The notes under the pieces were generated by a model. That model saw only the letters and a list, made by a program, of their open reading frames with translations. It searched no databases and was not told where the DNA came from. DNA of 64,000 nucleotides, taken from Lama glama (lineage: Eukaryota). This document shows positions 1 through 12,371 of the stretch, piece after piece. The stretch covers positions 20,958,001-21,022,000 of the forward strand of contig CM052818.1 in the NCBI GenBank assembly GCA_028534125.1, given 5' to 3'. Made by a program: the position numbers and the translations under genes. Position 1 is the stretch's first letter. Every line of letters starts with the position of its first letter.

Positions 1-918
1 GACGGGGAGTACACGAGCACACAGGGTACATGGTCCTAACCAGGCAGCTGGCAGGCAGCCCTGTGTTTTTAGATACCCCTACACCCCTGCCACCTGACGC
101 TCCTACCCATGCCCACAGAAAAGCCAGCCCGTGGCTGGGATGGTGGCCTAGGTTCAACCTGGTGAAAGGCTTAGAGTCGGAGATGGCAGAGCGATTCTGC
201 TGTGCTGCAGGGGGCTGGTCTCTTTACAACACCTACTGCAGAATTGTTCTCATGCTTCCTGTCCCCAGACTTGACCTCTAAGGCTGGTCCTCTCGTCTGG
301 GACCTTGGGGATGAGATTTGAAGAGGCGGCCTAGTGCCCCTGGAGTGGCTGAGGCAATGTCTCTTCTCGGTCCATGTCTGTCAGACACTAGGCCACTCTG
401 CATGGTGAACACTGGGAAGCTAGCAGGTGGGAGCCTAGGGTCCTCCCCGCCCACCCCCTTGTCAGGCAGGTGAGGACACTGAGGTGCAGAGTGGGCACTG
501 AAGCACCCAAGGCCCCTTAGCTGGAGAGGGCCAGGGCCAGGATGAGGACACACATCTTCAGGGCCTCCAGTCCTTGTTTTGTCGGACAGAACAGTGCTGT
601 GTGTGAGTCTAGGAATGTGGGTCTGGCTGGAACACCCTTCCACCCCACCTGGGGGCCAGCATCTCCCAGGCAGTCACAATCTCTTGTCATTCTGCATCAC
701 AGATATAGCTGCTTATGTGATTTCCGAGTTTCTATAGATGACAGATAATGGAATTTTCTTGCCTGATAGCTCTTTCACAGCGTCACCCATCCCAGAAGGT
801 AGTATGCTAGAGACGCCTTAAAATCAGAAAGGCTGTGCTTCCCAAGGCATGATTCCTTGATGGTGGCTTTTCAGCACCCAAGCTACAAATTTGTTGAGTT
901 ACTAAAAACATTTATTTG

Positions 919-1123
919 CTAGATTGGATCCTAGAACAGGAAAATGACATTAGCATGAAATCCAAATAAAATATAATGTACCAACATTAATTTTTTAGTT
1001 TTGACAAATGTGCCCTTGGTTATGTAAGATGTTACCATCAGAGAAACTGAGTGAAGGGTATGTAGGAACTGTCTACTGTCTTTGCAGCTTCTAGAAATCT
1101 AAAATTTTTTTTAAATAAAAAGC
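919..1123 (+). mobile_element. Ancient L1 (L1MC/L1ME-type) 3' UTR fragment
   Basis: 'gattggatcctagaacaggaaaatgacattag...tttgcagcttctagaaatctaaaa...aataaaa' resembles recalled L1M 3' ends; boundaries approximate. Confidence 0.7.
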
Positions 1124-2130
1124 TTAATTATAAAATTATTTGGCAGAACTTCCTCGGATCTGGCTGCCTTCATCCATCTGGTACTTCTTTTCTTAATCCG
1201 ACCCTCCTTTTCCTCACTTTGTTTCCCAATTAAAGAATAGGTTTTGACATCAAAAAAAAAAAAAAAGAAAAAAAGACTAGGTAACGTATTCTACTCTGCT
1301 GCACTGGCATTTTCTCCTGAGGACTTACTCCTACAAGGACAGTGATGTACTATCCCCCTGGAGACAGAGCAAGGGTCTCTCCTGATGACAAAAAGGAGAT
1401 GAATCCCTGGCGGGTGGTGGGCGGAGGCCCGTGGGCACCTAGTGTTCGGGGTGCAGGACTGGAGGAAAGGCCCACTTCATGGAATCTGCTTTCAGGTTGG
1501 GTGCTGAACCCGCAGCCCTCCTCCCTTGCTCCTCACCCCTTCCCCAGACCTCCCAGAGTTCTCCAGTTGTGTCAGACCCCAGAGAGGGAGAGCCCTCGGC
1601 GAGGGTGGGCCAAGAGGAGCGGAGGTAGAGAAGGACAAGGTGCTGAGCGCTCAGCCTGAGTTAAGCTCTGCGGACCTCAGGGCTTCCCTGGGGCTGACTG
1701 TTCTCTGAGGGTCTCCGTAGGGGTCATACACAGGGTGGGGTGTGTCCATAAGATGAACTTGCCTGCCTGTGTTAGAATAGCGTACTTTTGAAGGGAAAGG
1801 AGGAAGCATTTAAAAGTAAAGAACAGTAGAGGCAGCGGTCCCCACTTGCTCACTGAGGGATCACCTGGGCGTAGCTAATAAGAGCCCAGTGAAATATTTT
1901 CCTACGTGAGCAGCGAAGCCAGGAAATGCCCTGCCATGCAAGCACCCTGGGATGGCGCAGAGACGTGGCGTGGAGGGGTTGAGGCTTATTCCCTCCTAGG
2001 AGGTAGAGGGCCCGGCCGAGCCTGTGAGACTTGGAGGCTGGCAGAGATTCCCAAGGATGAATGCCCTGGAGGGCATAGTTTCCAGGCAGGGGCAGCAGCC
2101 AGGAAAATGTGTGCAGGTAAGAACAGAGGG

Positions 2131-2300
2131 ACGCTGGGAACGAGTGAGCCACCCCAAGGCTCCCCAGCCCTCTGAGCCCCCGGCCGGGGGCGCCTGCTCA
2201 TGTTCCGGGTCTGCGGAGACCGCCCCGGGGCATTAACTGCACCGGGAAACACCTGCCCTGGCCCGCACCCGGATTTTTATGTCGTCTTCGTTGCTTCGTG
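2131..2300. promoter_or_regulatory. Short CpG-rich patch, candidate regulatory element
   Basis: About 15 CpGs in 170 bp in an otherwise CpG-poor window; contains the perfect palindrome GCCCCCGGCCGGGGGC (2176-2191). Confidence 0.4.
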
Positions 2301-4187
2301 CTTATCTCATTTGTGATTATAGAAAAGATTCTTGGCAGCTGTTGTCAAATCCTAACAGGGCCTTTAATGTCCCTCGTATATTCTGAACATGTCAGTAATT
2401 CCATCCTGCACATGTATGCATTACTTTCACCTGCAATAAAGGTTGAGGAAAATGTAACTTAAATAGAAATGCCCATGAGGACAATAAAGTACATAAACGC
2501 TGGCTCTTCTAAGGCCTGGGGCAGGTGTGTGCACATGTACAGGAGCACACGCACTAAAGAGCATGGGCTGACGTGGTCAGGTCTTAGAAGAAATCCGGGG
2601 CCTGAGGAAGACATCAGGCCGTGGGCGTGGTGGAAAGTCAGGCAACACGTGTGACCGCTGGCGCAGCCTGGGCTTTCTCAGGGCCGTCCTCCAGGGCACG
2701 GCATAAGTGGCACGTTTACTTTCTTGCCTTTCTTGGGTGCAAACCACCAGGCTTGGTACCTGGGCTTGGGACATGCTTGGCCATCTCCTCCCTTTCCTCC
2801 CCTTGCTCCTGTGGATGGGGCTCAGGCTGAAGTAAAGACCACTGGCTCCCTTGTCTCCTGAGTGCAGGGCCCCCTCTCACACACCAGGGCTTTATGAGAC
2901 CCCAGTAAGAGTGAAGGAGGATGGCCCCCGGGAAGGCCAAGGGCCGCCCTGGAGGGTCCCACACATCACAGTGGCTTTAGGGGTTGGTCTTCCTGGGGGA
3001 CCTGAAGACCGACCCCCTCATAGCACAGAGGGGAGTGGAGTGAGGGTGGTGACCGAGCTGGCACACGTGCCTCAGTTGGGGTAACTGGCAGCCGCACTGT
3101 TTTCTGGGACAGCCAGAGCGACCTCCCCAAATGCCGGCAAAGTCTGGAACTGGCTGTGGCCTTCAAGTTCCCTAATGGGTAGTGCCCACACTGGGAAGTC
3201 TTCTAAGGGCCTGGATAACATTAAAAGTGAGCCAGGGATGAGCCCTCAAAACCACGTCAGAGGCTCCAGCCTTGAGTGTAGAGACCTCTTAGCAAAAAAC
3301 AGCTGCTGAAACTCGTCCCCGGGGATGGTTGGTGAACCTGGTGATTTAAGTTCAGGCTAGAAGACATTACTTAGGACAAGAGAGGGGGATCCTGGAGACA
3401 AGGGGTGTGCAGCTCAGAGTGACACTGTGCTCAGTGAAACCAGCCATAGCCCCCAAATCAGTGACACTGTTCCCTGGGGTCCTTGGGGTCTAGGTCCTGT
3501 AGGATCTGGGATGCTGGGCAAGGGACCTAATGGTCCTTGAGGAAGATCATAGAATCCTAGGCCTGATTTCGAGGCTATGGCTGGCTTCACTGAGCAGCTC
3601 CCAGCAGTGGTCTTCTGGAGCCTCAGGGAGCCTCTGTGGGCGGAAGCCTAGTCTCACTCCTATTCCAAACATGTTCTTTGGTTGATGCCCCGGGGTGTCC
3701 GTCTGTGGGCATGGCATCCACAGCCCCATGGAAATTCAAGAGTGTCAGGATAACGGGAGTGGGCTTGTGGTAAAGGAGGTCAAGAAGCCAGCTGCAACTG
3801 CAAAAGGAAAGCCCCCTCCTCTCCAACCAGCCCTCACCCAGGCCTCGCTGTTAAACGCCTCTAAGGCCTGCAACTATAACAGGCACCTTGGGAAGCCAGA
3901 GGAAAGACCCAGGGACAGCCTCCAGGCCACAGGGGATGGGGTCCTCTGAGGTTATGCCCTGGCCTGCTGGCTTGGTGGACATGAGGGACCAAATCTTTGG
4001 CTCGTATGGGCTCTTTCTAGCAGAGCCCTGTGTGGGTAGACAGGGCGATGTTGTGTTCGTTCTGAGGTCTCCTGTCCTCCCTGTTGAGAACTCACCACTC
4101 CACAGAGGCCTGCCTGCCTCCCCTGCCCTTCCTGGGACCACTCACAGTCAGACTCATCAGTGCAAGAGCTGGTGTAGACTAGGAAGT

Positions 4188-4243
4188 TCTTTTTTCTTTT
4201 CTTTCTTTTTTTAAAATTGAGGTACAGGCAGTTTACAATGTGT
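4188..4243 (-). mobile_element. Very short young L1 3' terminus
   Basis: T-rich tract followed by 'aaaattgaggtacaggcagtttacaatgtgt', similar to the L1 3' ends at 31122, 49678 and 58574. Confidence 0.55.
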
Positions 4244-4569
4244 CCTTAATCAAGTGCCTGCTTTTGCAGAAATTCCTGGCTGGAGGCTCCTTTCTGGAGC
4301 CCCAGGTTGAATGGCCTCACTGTGCTTGGTTTCGAAGCAGACCAATTGGTTCATTCTTGGAGAGAGCTCCTGGTAAGGTGAAACCCATTAACAGGAGTGC
4401 ATGGAACCCTGGGGGGGTGTGTGTGTGGGCGTTATCACCCTTTGAAGTCATTTTTATTTGGCTTATTTTTATTTTTAACAGACATAAATGAATGCTAGGG
4501 GTAGGAAGAAGAGGTAAGAAATCCAGGCACAAAGCTTACAGAATGCATCTCCTTTGAAGACCTCCGATG

Positions 4570-5310
4570 TGTGCCTGTTAACTCAAATGAACAATTCTGA
4601 CGGAGATCTGGAAATGGAGTTAGATGCCACAGGTTAAGGGCTCAGTCCTACAGGGTTGTCTCCAACCCCCTACACCCCAAACACAGAAACACTTCAGAGG
4701 CAATTGCAGGTCTAGGCTGTCACTTGTGCTTCTGATTAACTGGTTATAGATTGGAGCCCATGATGTCCTCTTTGGGTTTGATTAATTTGCTAGGGAGGCT
4801 CAGAGAACTCAGAGGAACATTTTACTCACTAGATTGCTGGTTTCTTATAAAAGGATATAACTCAGGAACATCTAGATGGAAGAGATGCATAGGGCAAGGA
4901 ATATGGGGAGGGGCACAGAGCTTCAGTGCTCTCTCTGGGTTGGCCACTCTCCCTGAACGTCCTCCGCCTGTTCACCAACCTGGAGCTATCTGAACTCATC
5001 ATTTTAGGTTTTTGTGGCATCTGCATTACAGAGGTATGAATGATTAAATTGTTGGCCATTGCTGATTGAACTCAGTCTCCAGCTTCTCTCCTCTCCCTTC
5101 CCAGGAGGTCAGGGGTGAGACTGAAAGTTCCATCCTCAGATCTCAAGGTTAGTTCCTCTGGCAGCCATGACCCCATCCTTAGTTTGCCTGAGGACTTTCC
5201 AAAAGCCACCTCGTTATCATAACAAAAGTCACCTTCCTAGCTCCCACCACTTAGGAAATTTCGAAAGGTTTCCAAGCTTTGCACCAGGAAAGGGAACAAA
5301 ACCAAATACA
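4570..5310 (-). mobile_element. MER21-type (MER21C-like) LTR, main part
   Basis: 'ccacaggttaagggctcagtcc', 'ttgattaatttgctag..gctcagagaactcag', 'gatggaagagatgcatagggcaagg' match recalled MER21 reverse complement; continues after Tigger1. Confidence 0.8.
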
Positions 5311-7682
5311 CAGGCAGATACTACGTTTTTTACAAGTTGAAGGTTTGTGTCGACCCTGCATGGAGCAAGTCTGTTGGTGCCATTTTTCCAACAGCATTTG
5401 CTCCCCTCTTGTCTCTGTATCACATTTTGGTAATTCTCACAGTATTTCGAACTTTTTCATTATTATTAATTAGTTATGGTGATCTGTGATCAGTGATCTT
5501 TGATGTTACTATTTGTTTGGGGGAGCCACGAGCAGCACCCATATCAGACAGTGAACTTAATCGATAAATATTGTCTTTTGACTCTCCTCCGTGTCCCTCC
5601 CTCTCCTTGGGCCTCCCTATTCCCTGAGACACAATAATATTGAAATTAGGCCAGTTAATAACCTTACAGTGGCCTCTAAGTGTTCAAGTGAAAGGAAGAG
5701 TTCTCACGTCTCTCATTTTAAATGAAAAGCTAGATGTGATTCAGCTTAGTGAGGAAGGCGGGTCAGATGCCAAGACAGGCCAAAAGCTTGGCCTCTTGCA
5801 CCAAACAGTTAGCCAAGTTGTGAATGAAAAGAAAAGTTCTTGAAGGAAATGAAAAGTGCTTCTTGAGTGAACACATAAGTGATAAGAAAGGGAAACAGCC
5901 TTGCTGCTGATACGGAGAAAGTCTGAGTGGTCTGGATAGAAGATCAGACCAGCCACAACATCCCCATAAGTCAAAGCCGAATCCAGAGTGAGGCCCTAAC
6001 GCTCTTCGATTCTATGAAGACTGAGACAGGTGAGGAAGCTGCAGAAGAAAAGTCTGAAGCTAGCAGAGGGTGGTTTATGTGGTTTAAGGAAAGAAGGAAT
6101 CTCCGTAACACAGTAGCTCAAGGGGAAGCAGCAAGAGCGGATGTAGAAGCTGCAGCCAGTTATCTGGAAGATCTAGCTAAGATCACTAACGGAGGTGGCT
6201 ACGTTAAACAACAGATATTCAATGTGTGCAAAACAGCCTTAGACTGGAAGATGCCAATTAGAACTTTCACAGCTAGAGAGAAGTCAATGCCTGGCTTCAG
6301 ATCTTCAAAGGACAGGCTGACTATGTTGTAAAGGGCTGGTGCAGCTAGTGACTTGAAGGTGAAGCCAATGCTCATTTACCAACAGCATTTGCTCCCCTCT
6401 TGTCTCTGTATCACATTTTGGTAATTCTCACAGTATTTCAAACTTTTTCATTATTAGGACCCTTAAGAATTATGTTAAACCTACTCTGCTTGTGCTTTAT
6501 AGATGGAACAGCAAAGCCAGGATGACAGCACATCTATTTACATGATTTCCTGAATATTTTAAACCCACTGTTGAGACCTATTCTCAGAAAAAAAGATTCC
6601 TTTCTAAACATGACTGCTCATTGATAACCCACCTGGTCACCCGAGAGCTCTGATGGAGATGGAGATTCATGTCGCTTTCCTGCCTGCTAACACAAGGTCC
6701 ACTCTGCAGCCCGTGGATTAAGGAGTAGTTTTGACTTTCAGGTGTTATCATTTAAGAAGTACATTTCATAAGGGTATAGATAGGGATTCCTCTGATGGAT
6801 CTGGGCAAAGGAAATTGAAAACTTTCTGAAAGGATTCACCATTCTAGATGTCATAAAGAACATTTGTGATTCATGGGAAGAGGTCAAAATATCAACATTA
6901 ATATGAGTTTGGAAGAAGTTGATTCCAGCCCTCATGGATGACTTTGAGGCGTTCAGAACTTCAGTGGAGGAAGTAACTGCAGATGTAGTAGAAACAGCAA
7001 GAGAACTAGAATTAGAAGTGGAGCCTGCGATGTGACTGAACTGCTGCAATCTCATGATAAGACTTTAAGGGATGACAAATTGCTTCTTACGGATGAGCGA
7101 AGAAAGTGTTTTTTGAGATGGCATCTACTCCTGGTGAAGATGCTATGAAGATTGTTTAAATGATGACAAATGATTTAGAATATTACATAAACTTAGATGA
7201 TAAAGCAACAGCAGGGTTTGCGAGGATTTACCCCAATTTCTCAAAAACATTCTACTGTGGATAAAATGCTGTCAAACAGTATTGCCTGTTACAGAGAAAT
7301 CATTCGTGAAAGGAAGAGTCAATTGATGCAGTAAACTTCATTGTTGTCTTATTTTAAGAAATTGTCACAGCCACCCCAACATTCAGCAACCACACTCTGA
7401 TCAGTCAACATGGAGACAGGACCCTCTGCCAACAAAAAGGATTAGGACTCGCTGAAGGCTCAGATGATGGTTAGCATTTTTTGGCAATCAAGTATTTTTA
7501 AATTAAGGTATGTACATTTTTTAGGCATAATGCCTTGCACACTTAGACTGCAACATAGTATAAATACAACTTTTATATGCACTGGGAAACCAAAAAAAAT
7601 TTTGTTTGACTCGCTTTATTGCGATTTTCAATTTGTTGCGGTGGTCTGGAATCGACCCTGCAGTATCTCTGAGGTATGCCTG
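5311..7682 (+). mobile_element. Near full-length Tigger1 (TcMar-Tigger DNA transposon), decayed
   Basis: Starts CAGGCA, ends GAGGTATGCCTG followed by TA; ~2.37 kb; internal transposase-like ORF pieces. Confidence 0.95.
5927..6331 (+). pseudogene. Tigger1 transposase fragment (CENP-B-type HTH region), disrupted
   Basis: ORF '[30 protein letters not shown]...[15 protein letters not shown]...[14 protein letters not shown]' is pogo/Tigger transposase-like; truncated by stops/frameshifts on both sides. Confidence 0.9.
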
Positions 7683-7684
7683 TA

Positions 7685-7711
7685 TGTTTCTTATTATAAA
7701 TCACAATCAAC
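7685..7711 (-). mobile_element. MER21-type LTR 5' terminus, separated from the rest by Tigger1
   Basis: 'tgtttcttattataaatcacaatcaaca' joins 'accaaataca' at 5301-5310 to rebuild the recalled LTR start 'tgtgatttataataagaaa..tatatttgg'. Confidence 0.7.
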
Positions 7712-8149
7712 ACGTCTTTAATGAACAATTACCATGGGCTAAGCTCTGTGCTAGAGCTTTAAGAGAGGATTGTTTCAGGTTTCAAAGAAGTTTACAGTCC
7801 ACTAGGAGTGTGGGTGGAGGGAAGGCCAAAGGGAGTGCAGGATTCACTTACAAAACAAAAAGAAAACACAAGACGTAATTGTCACACAGTATGGAACAGC
7901 CTGTCAGCTGGAATCTGGAGGAAGAGCAAGGTGGAAGGAGATGATGGAGACTTTATGAAGGAAGTGAGGCTTCTCCTTGGCATTTGAAAAAAAAAAAAAG
8001 AATTAATTAGCCAACAAGGATGTACTGAGTGTCTAGCATAAAAACAATGTGGCTAAAGTGTAAATAAATTCCTATTGGATAGTAAAAGACACAAGATATG
8101 TACATGAGACAAACACAAAGAAACAAGAGACAAACTCTGTGTGTGGTGC

Positions 8150-8301
8150 AGTTAATTTTAATAATATATTTTAGTTAACTCATTATATCTAAAGTGTCTT
8201 TTTAACATGTACTCAATATTAATGAGCTAGTTTATATTCTTTTTTTTTCTACACTAAACCATTGAAATCCACATTCCAAGTGCCCAATAGCCACCTGTGG
8301 C
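8150..8301 (+). mobile_element. MER33-like hAT-Charlie fragment, internally deleted
   Basis: 'ttaattttaataatatatttta...ttaatgag...cacattccaagtgcccaatagccac' parallels the copy at 10590-10912. Confidence 0.7.
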
Positions 8302-8887
8302 TTAGAGGACAGTGTACAGCTATATATCTCCTTACAGCACCTTCCTTCCCTTATGTACACACACAGGCACACACACATCTGTGCATCAGTGCCCGAGATA
8401 TAGAGGTTAAATGGATTGTTGTTTACCCAGCAGTCTGGGAAGTCGAAATATCAGGGAAGCAAGTAGGCTAAATGGGATTAAAGAGATGTTTGTAGGTACA
8501 TGGCAGGCATGAAGATAGGAGATAACAGAAGCCAGCCCTGTTTTTAAAGAGCTCCAAGAAAGTGTTTGAATTTCAGTAGCAATAATAATATATAAAATCC
8601 TTTTCCAACATACCTTTTTGACATCATCTGTGCACTGGGCCTACCAATCAATGAATCCATGAGTCTACTGAGTGCCTTCTAGATGTTGTGAGAGATAAAA
8701 GAAGGACCTTGGGAGATAAGACACAGGCTTTGAGAAAACAGCTGCAGAGGCAAGGCCATTCATGCAAAGTGCTCCGTAAGTGGTACTTGGCAAAAGCTAA
8801 AGTAGCCTTCAAGACAAGGGAGGTTGGGGAAAAGCTTGGGGCTTTGCAATTCTCAGCTGCCAAACTGGATGGAAGAAAGAGCAGAGG

Positions 8888-9066
8888 AGGGGAGGGTATA
8901 GCTTAAGTGGTAGAGCACATGCTTAGCATGCATGAGGTCCTGGGTTCAATCCCCAGTACCTTCCTTTAAAAAAAAAAATTAAATAAATAAACGTAATTAT
9001 CTCCTGCCACCAAAAAACAAAAATAAAAAACAAACTAACATCCCCTCCCCCCCCCAAAAAAAGAAA
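8888..9066 (+). mobile_element. tRNA-derived SINE (camelid Vic-1-like)
   Basis: A box 'tagcttaagtgg', B box 'ggttcaatccc', A-rich linker and tail; perfect 15-bp flanking repeat aagaaagagcagagg (8873-8887, 9067-9081). Confidence 0.9.
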
Positions 9067-10589
9067 AAGAAAGAGCAGAGGGGGAGGAGCCAGAAATGCT
9101 TGGTGACACCTAGGCTCTGTCCCTTAACTGCTAAATGATGCCAAGTCAGGGGTCTAATCTTCCCAAGTCTCCCCTGATCTGGAGAATGGATATGGTGACA
9201 TTTGCTCTGCCTACTTTTTGGGGTGTTTGTGAGTATCCAATGAGACTGGGCTTGGCGATGAAGAAGGCACTATTAATATTGCTACTGCAAAAGCTTGGCA
9301 CCAGAAAAAAACAGCCAACCCAGTGTCACATGTCCTCAAGACTAAAGTTTTCTTGGATCTCTGCTCCCCCTTACTGGAAGATCTATCCATCCTTTCTCTG
9401 CCTATGATGTCTTTCTCATCCTCTAGACTTTGGTCAGACCCCACTCCTCCAGGAAGGCTACCTGGACCTGAGGCTCCTTATTCTGAGCCCCCAGAGTATG
9501 GTACCCATGTTCTTCTGTCTCATAGTCCAGCTGACCATTTGTATGAGCCTTCTCTATTAGACCAGGAATGACTAGGAAGTACAACCTTTGTTTTAGCGAT
9601 CTCTGAATCCCAGAACCTCCAGCAGGTACCCATCTGTGGATTTGAGCTGACTTGTAATGACCTATTTGTGACTGGAGGCCCTGTGGAGAGGAGAGGTTCT
9701 AGGCTCTCATGTCCTAAACAGGCTCAGCCCTTTTACTCTCTGCTGAATAAAGGTTTGGAGGCTGTTTCTGATTTGGAAATTGCAGTCAGAGTGTTTTTGG
9801 TGCCGTTTTCCAAGGTCAACATTCCCAAGCAGAACTGGGGTGGAGAGGAAACAGTGCCCCTGGACCTTGGAAGGAAGGATCAGTGTGGTTCCATTATTTA
9901 ATTAGGCCGAAGAATGCTCACGGGTGTGTCTTCAGCAAGAAGTGGTGGGGGCACCCGGGAAGGGGGATGCTGCGTGCTATTGGACCATCTTCTGGACCTT
10001 AGAGAGGGAGCCTGGGGTGGGAGGGAGAGCATGAGGTAAAAGGTCAAGGTGCTGAGCTCAAAGATGCCACTAATTGTATGTGTTTAGTCATTCAGGGCCT
10101 TGGTTTTTTCATCTACCAAATGTGGATATGTTATTATTTCCCAGAATTATCATATGACTCAATGTTAGGCAATGTTTATTAAAAAGGCTCTGAAAAGCTC
10201 TAAAACCACACTGTGGTCTAATGGAAAATACACGGGGTCAGTTGTGGACTGTGTGATCTTGGTTAAGTCTCAACCCTCTCTGGACCTTAGATTTTTCAAA
10301 GTGTTGGATTGGATTGTCCTGAAGGTCACTTAGAGGTCAAAATGTTTATGTTTGCTTTTCTGATGAGCGGAGGCCCAGAAGAGAGAAACACATGATTAGT
10401 TTACATTTCCAGATGAGTTGGTCAGCCAGCATTTTTGTGCTAATAAGCTAGTGCTATTGTCAGCCAATAATTAAACACTCATGAAGTATTGAGTACCCCT
10501 CCTGAACTTGTGCTTCTTGACATTTAATTGTTTGGTGCTCGTTTTAATGTTGACTTTGGGTGTTCACATGTCTTATGGTCCATCTAGAG

Positions 10590-10912
10590 CAACACTGTCC
10601 AGTAGAAATGTGGTAAGAGTCACATACATACTTTAAAATTTTCTAGTAGCTACATTAAAAGAAGTAAAAATAAACATGAGAAATGAATATTAATAATATA
10701 TTTTATTTAGTTCAATGTATACGAATAATACCATTTCCACATATGTTCAATATAAAACATACTAATGAGATATTTTTGCTTTTTTTGGTGTTAAAATATA
10801 CACACTCCCTAGTATGTATTATGTATTTGCAGCCTGCATAAATTTTCATCAGTCACATCTCAAGTGCTCAATAGTCACATGTGCCTAGTGGCTACCATAT
10901 TGGGTGCTGCAG
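10590..10912 (+). mobile_element. MER33 (hAT-Charlie), near full length
   Basis: 'caacactgtccagtagaaat...caagtgctcaatagtcacatgtgcctagtggctaccatattgg'; 8-bp flanks atctagag/ttctcgat resemble the Charlie NTCTAGAN target. Confidence 0.85.
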
Positions 10913-11004
10913 TTCTCGATTATAAGCTGCTTGACAGTAGGGATTGCAATTTGTGGTATTTTCTACTTGGAAATTCTGTTAGTTTCTAAGCACTATCTGA
11001 TATG

Positions 11005-11165
11005 TCATCTCCTTTGATCCTCAATGCTGTCTGGTGAAGGTGATACAGTTATTAATGCCATTTGATAGATGAGGAAACTGAGGCTTTGGAGAGATCAAGC
11101 AGTTGCTCAAGGCCATAGCATAGGTGGTAACAGAGCTAGGGTATGAAACCAGATATTCTGGTTCC
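11005..11165 (-). mobile_element. MIR SINE
   Basis: Core 'ccatttgatagatgaggaaactgaggct...ttgctcaaggcc'. Confidence 0.75.
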
Positions 11166-11339
11166 GAGTATAGAGGGAGTTCTCACTGGGCAGCTGCCTC
11201 CATTTAGCTGTCCATTCATTTGTCAGTTCACTTGTTAATGTTTCCACATGAAGGCTCTGTGCCTGCTGCTCATATTAGCTAGGCATTATCACCTTCCAGT
11301 TTAAGAGGAAGCAGAAGTGGAGGTGGTTTCTGTCTGTCT

Positions 11340-11380
11340 CTTTCTTTTTCTTTTTCTTTTTCTTTTTCTTTTTCTTTTTT
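11340..11380. repeat. (CTTTTT)n simple repeat
   Basis: Directly visible hexamer tandem. Confidence 0.9.
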
Positions 11381-12252
11381 GGTTTGAGAGAAAGATGAAG
11401 TTGTTGGAGGATGACGCCAGCATTATTGTCAGCATCTTTATCTTTTTATCTGTAAGTCTTCTGCAACATACCCGGTGAACCAGGGCTGGGTACATTCCTG
11501 CATTTCAGACTGTATTTCCCCTCACGTGTTATCTTCTGATTCCGTGAGCCCCCTGCCCATCTCTTCTTTCTTTCTCCATCTGTATCCTCTAGCTGAGCCT
11601 GGAGATGGTTATCACACACACTCTCTGTTAGACCTGAATTTAGCCAAACTAAACAGAGTTCTGTTTCTCATATGGTGATCTTGGCTCATTGCTTTTAAGA
11701 AGGGACACCCTCATTTACTTTCCTGACAAGGATTCTCATTCTGGGAGCTTCAGGCCCCCCTGCTGCAAGGAAAGGTTGGTCTGTGCTGCTCTGGAGGGAA
11801 CCTGATATCCTAGCCAAGCCCTTGGCTACCCATTACTCATCACAGGGGTCAGATGATAGTTCTAGAAAATTAGTGAGGGGGCCCCAGACTTGAAGGCAGG
11901 TCAGGGAGATACTGGAGGCAGAGCTAGAACCCCTTATCACATGTTGGTCACTTGGAAATGCTGGCTAAGCAGAGGCAGCATGGGGGCTGAGGAGAGAGCA
12001 AGGGGCAGAGTTTGAGATGCCTGAGCTGAAGTAGATAATACAGTCAGAGCCCTGGGCAGGAGCTGAGGCTGAAGAAGGAGGGGCCCTTCTGCTGCCAGGA
12101 ACAAGGACCCCTGTTCTGTGTGCCCCCTCTCTTGGTGTGTTGGTGTACAAGGAACTTAGAGGTCACGCCCTAACTGAAGCCAACATTTTCCACACTGGGT
12201 TCAGCCAGTGCTCTAGTGGGAGCCTTAGTGCTCCCTGGGGGTGTCGCAGGGG

Positions 12253-12371
12253 TAGGGTTGTCCCACTCAATATTTGAGATACAATTATACTAAAAAATTA
12301 TTCTTTGTTTATCTGAAATTCAAATTTAACTGAATGTACCATATTTTTATTTGCTCCCTTTGGCAATACTA
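12253..12371 (+). mobile_element. MER53 (hAT MITE) with left arm deleted
   Basis: 'tagggttg' start, 'ttatactaaaaaattattctttgtttatctgaaattcaaatttaactg', 'tggcaatacta' end; flanks cgcagggg/ttcagggg resemble an 8-bp TSD. Confidence 0.8.

Noticed and set aside
5640..7100. Tigger transposase ORFs as a domesticated TIGD1-like gene
   Set aside because: The reading frame is broken by stops, frameshifts and a 78-bp internal copy, and it sits inside ordinary transposon ends
8888..8960. tRNA gene (likewise 49520-49593 and 56831-56905)
   Set aside because: The tRNA-like heads continue into a SINE body and poly-A tail and are flanked by TSDs
11301..11495. ORF with a KRKRKRKR nuclear-localisation-like tract
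   Set aside because: It is the translation of the (CTTTTT)n simple repeat
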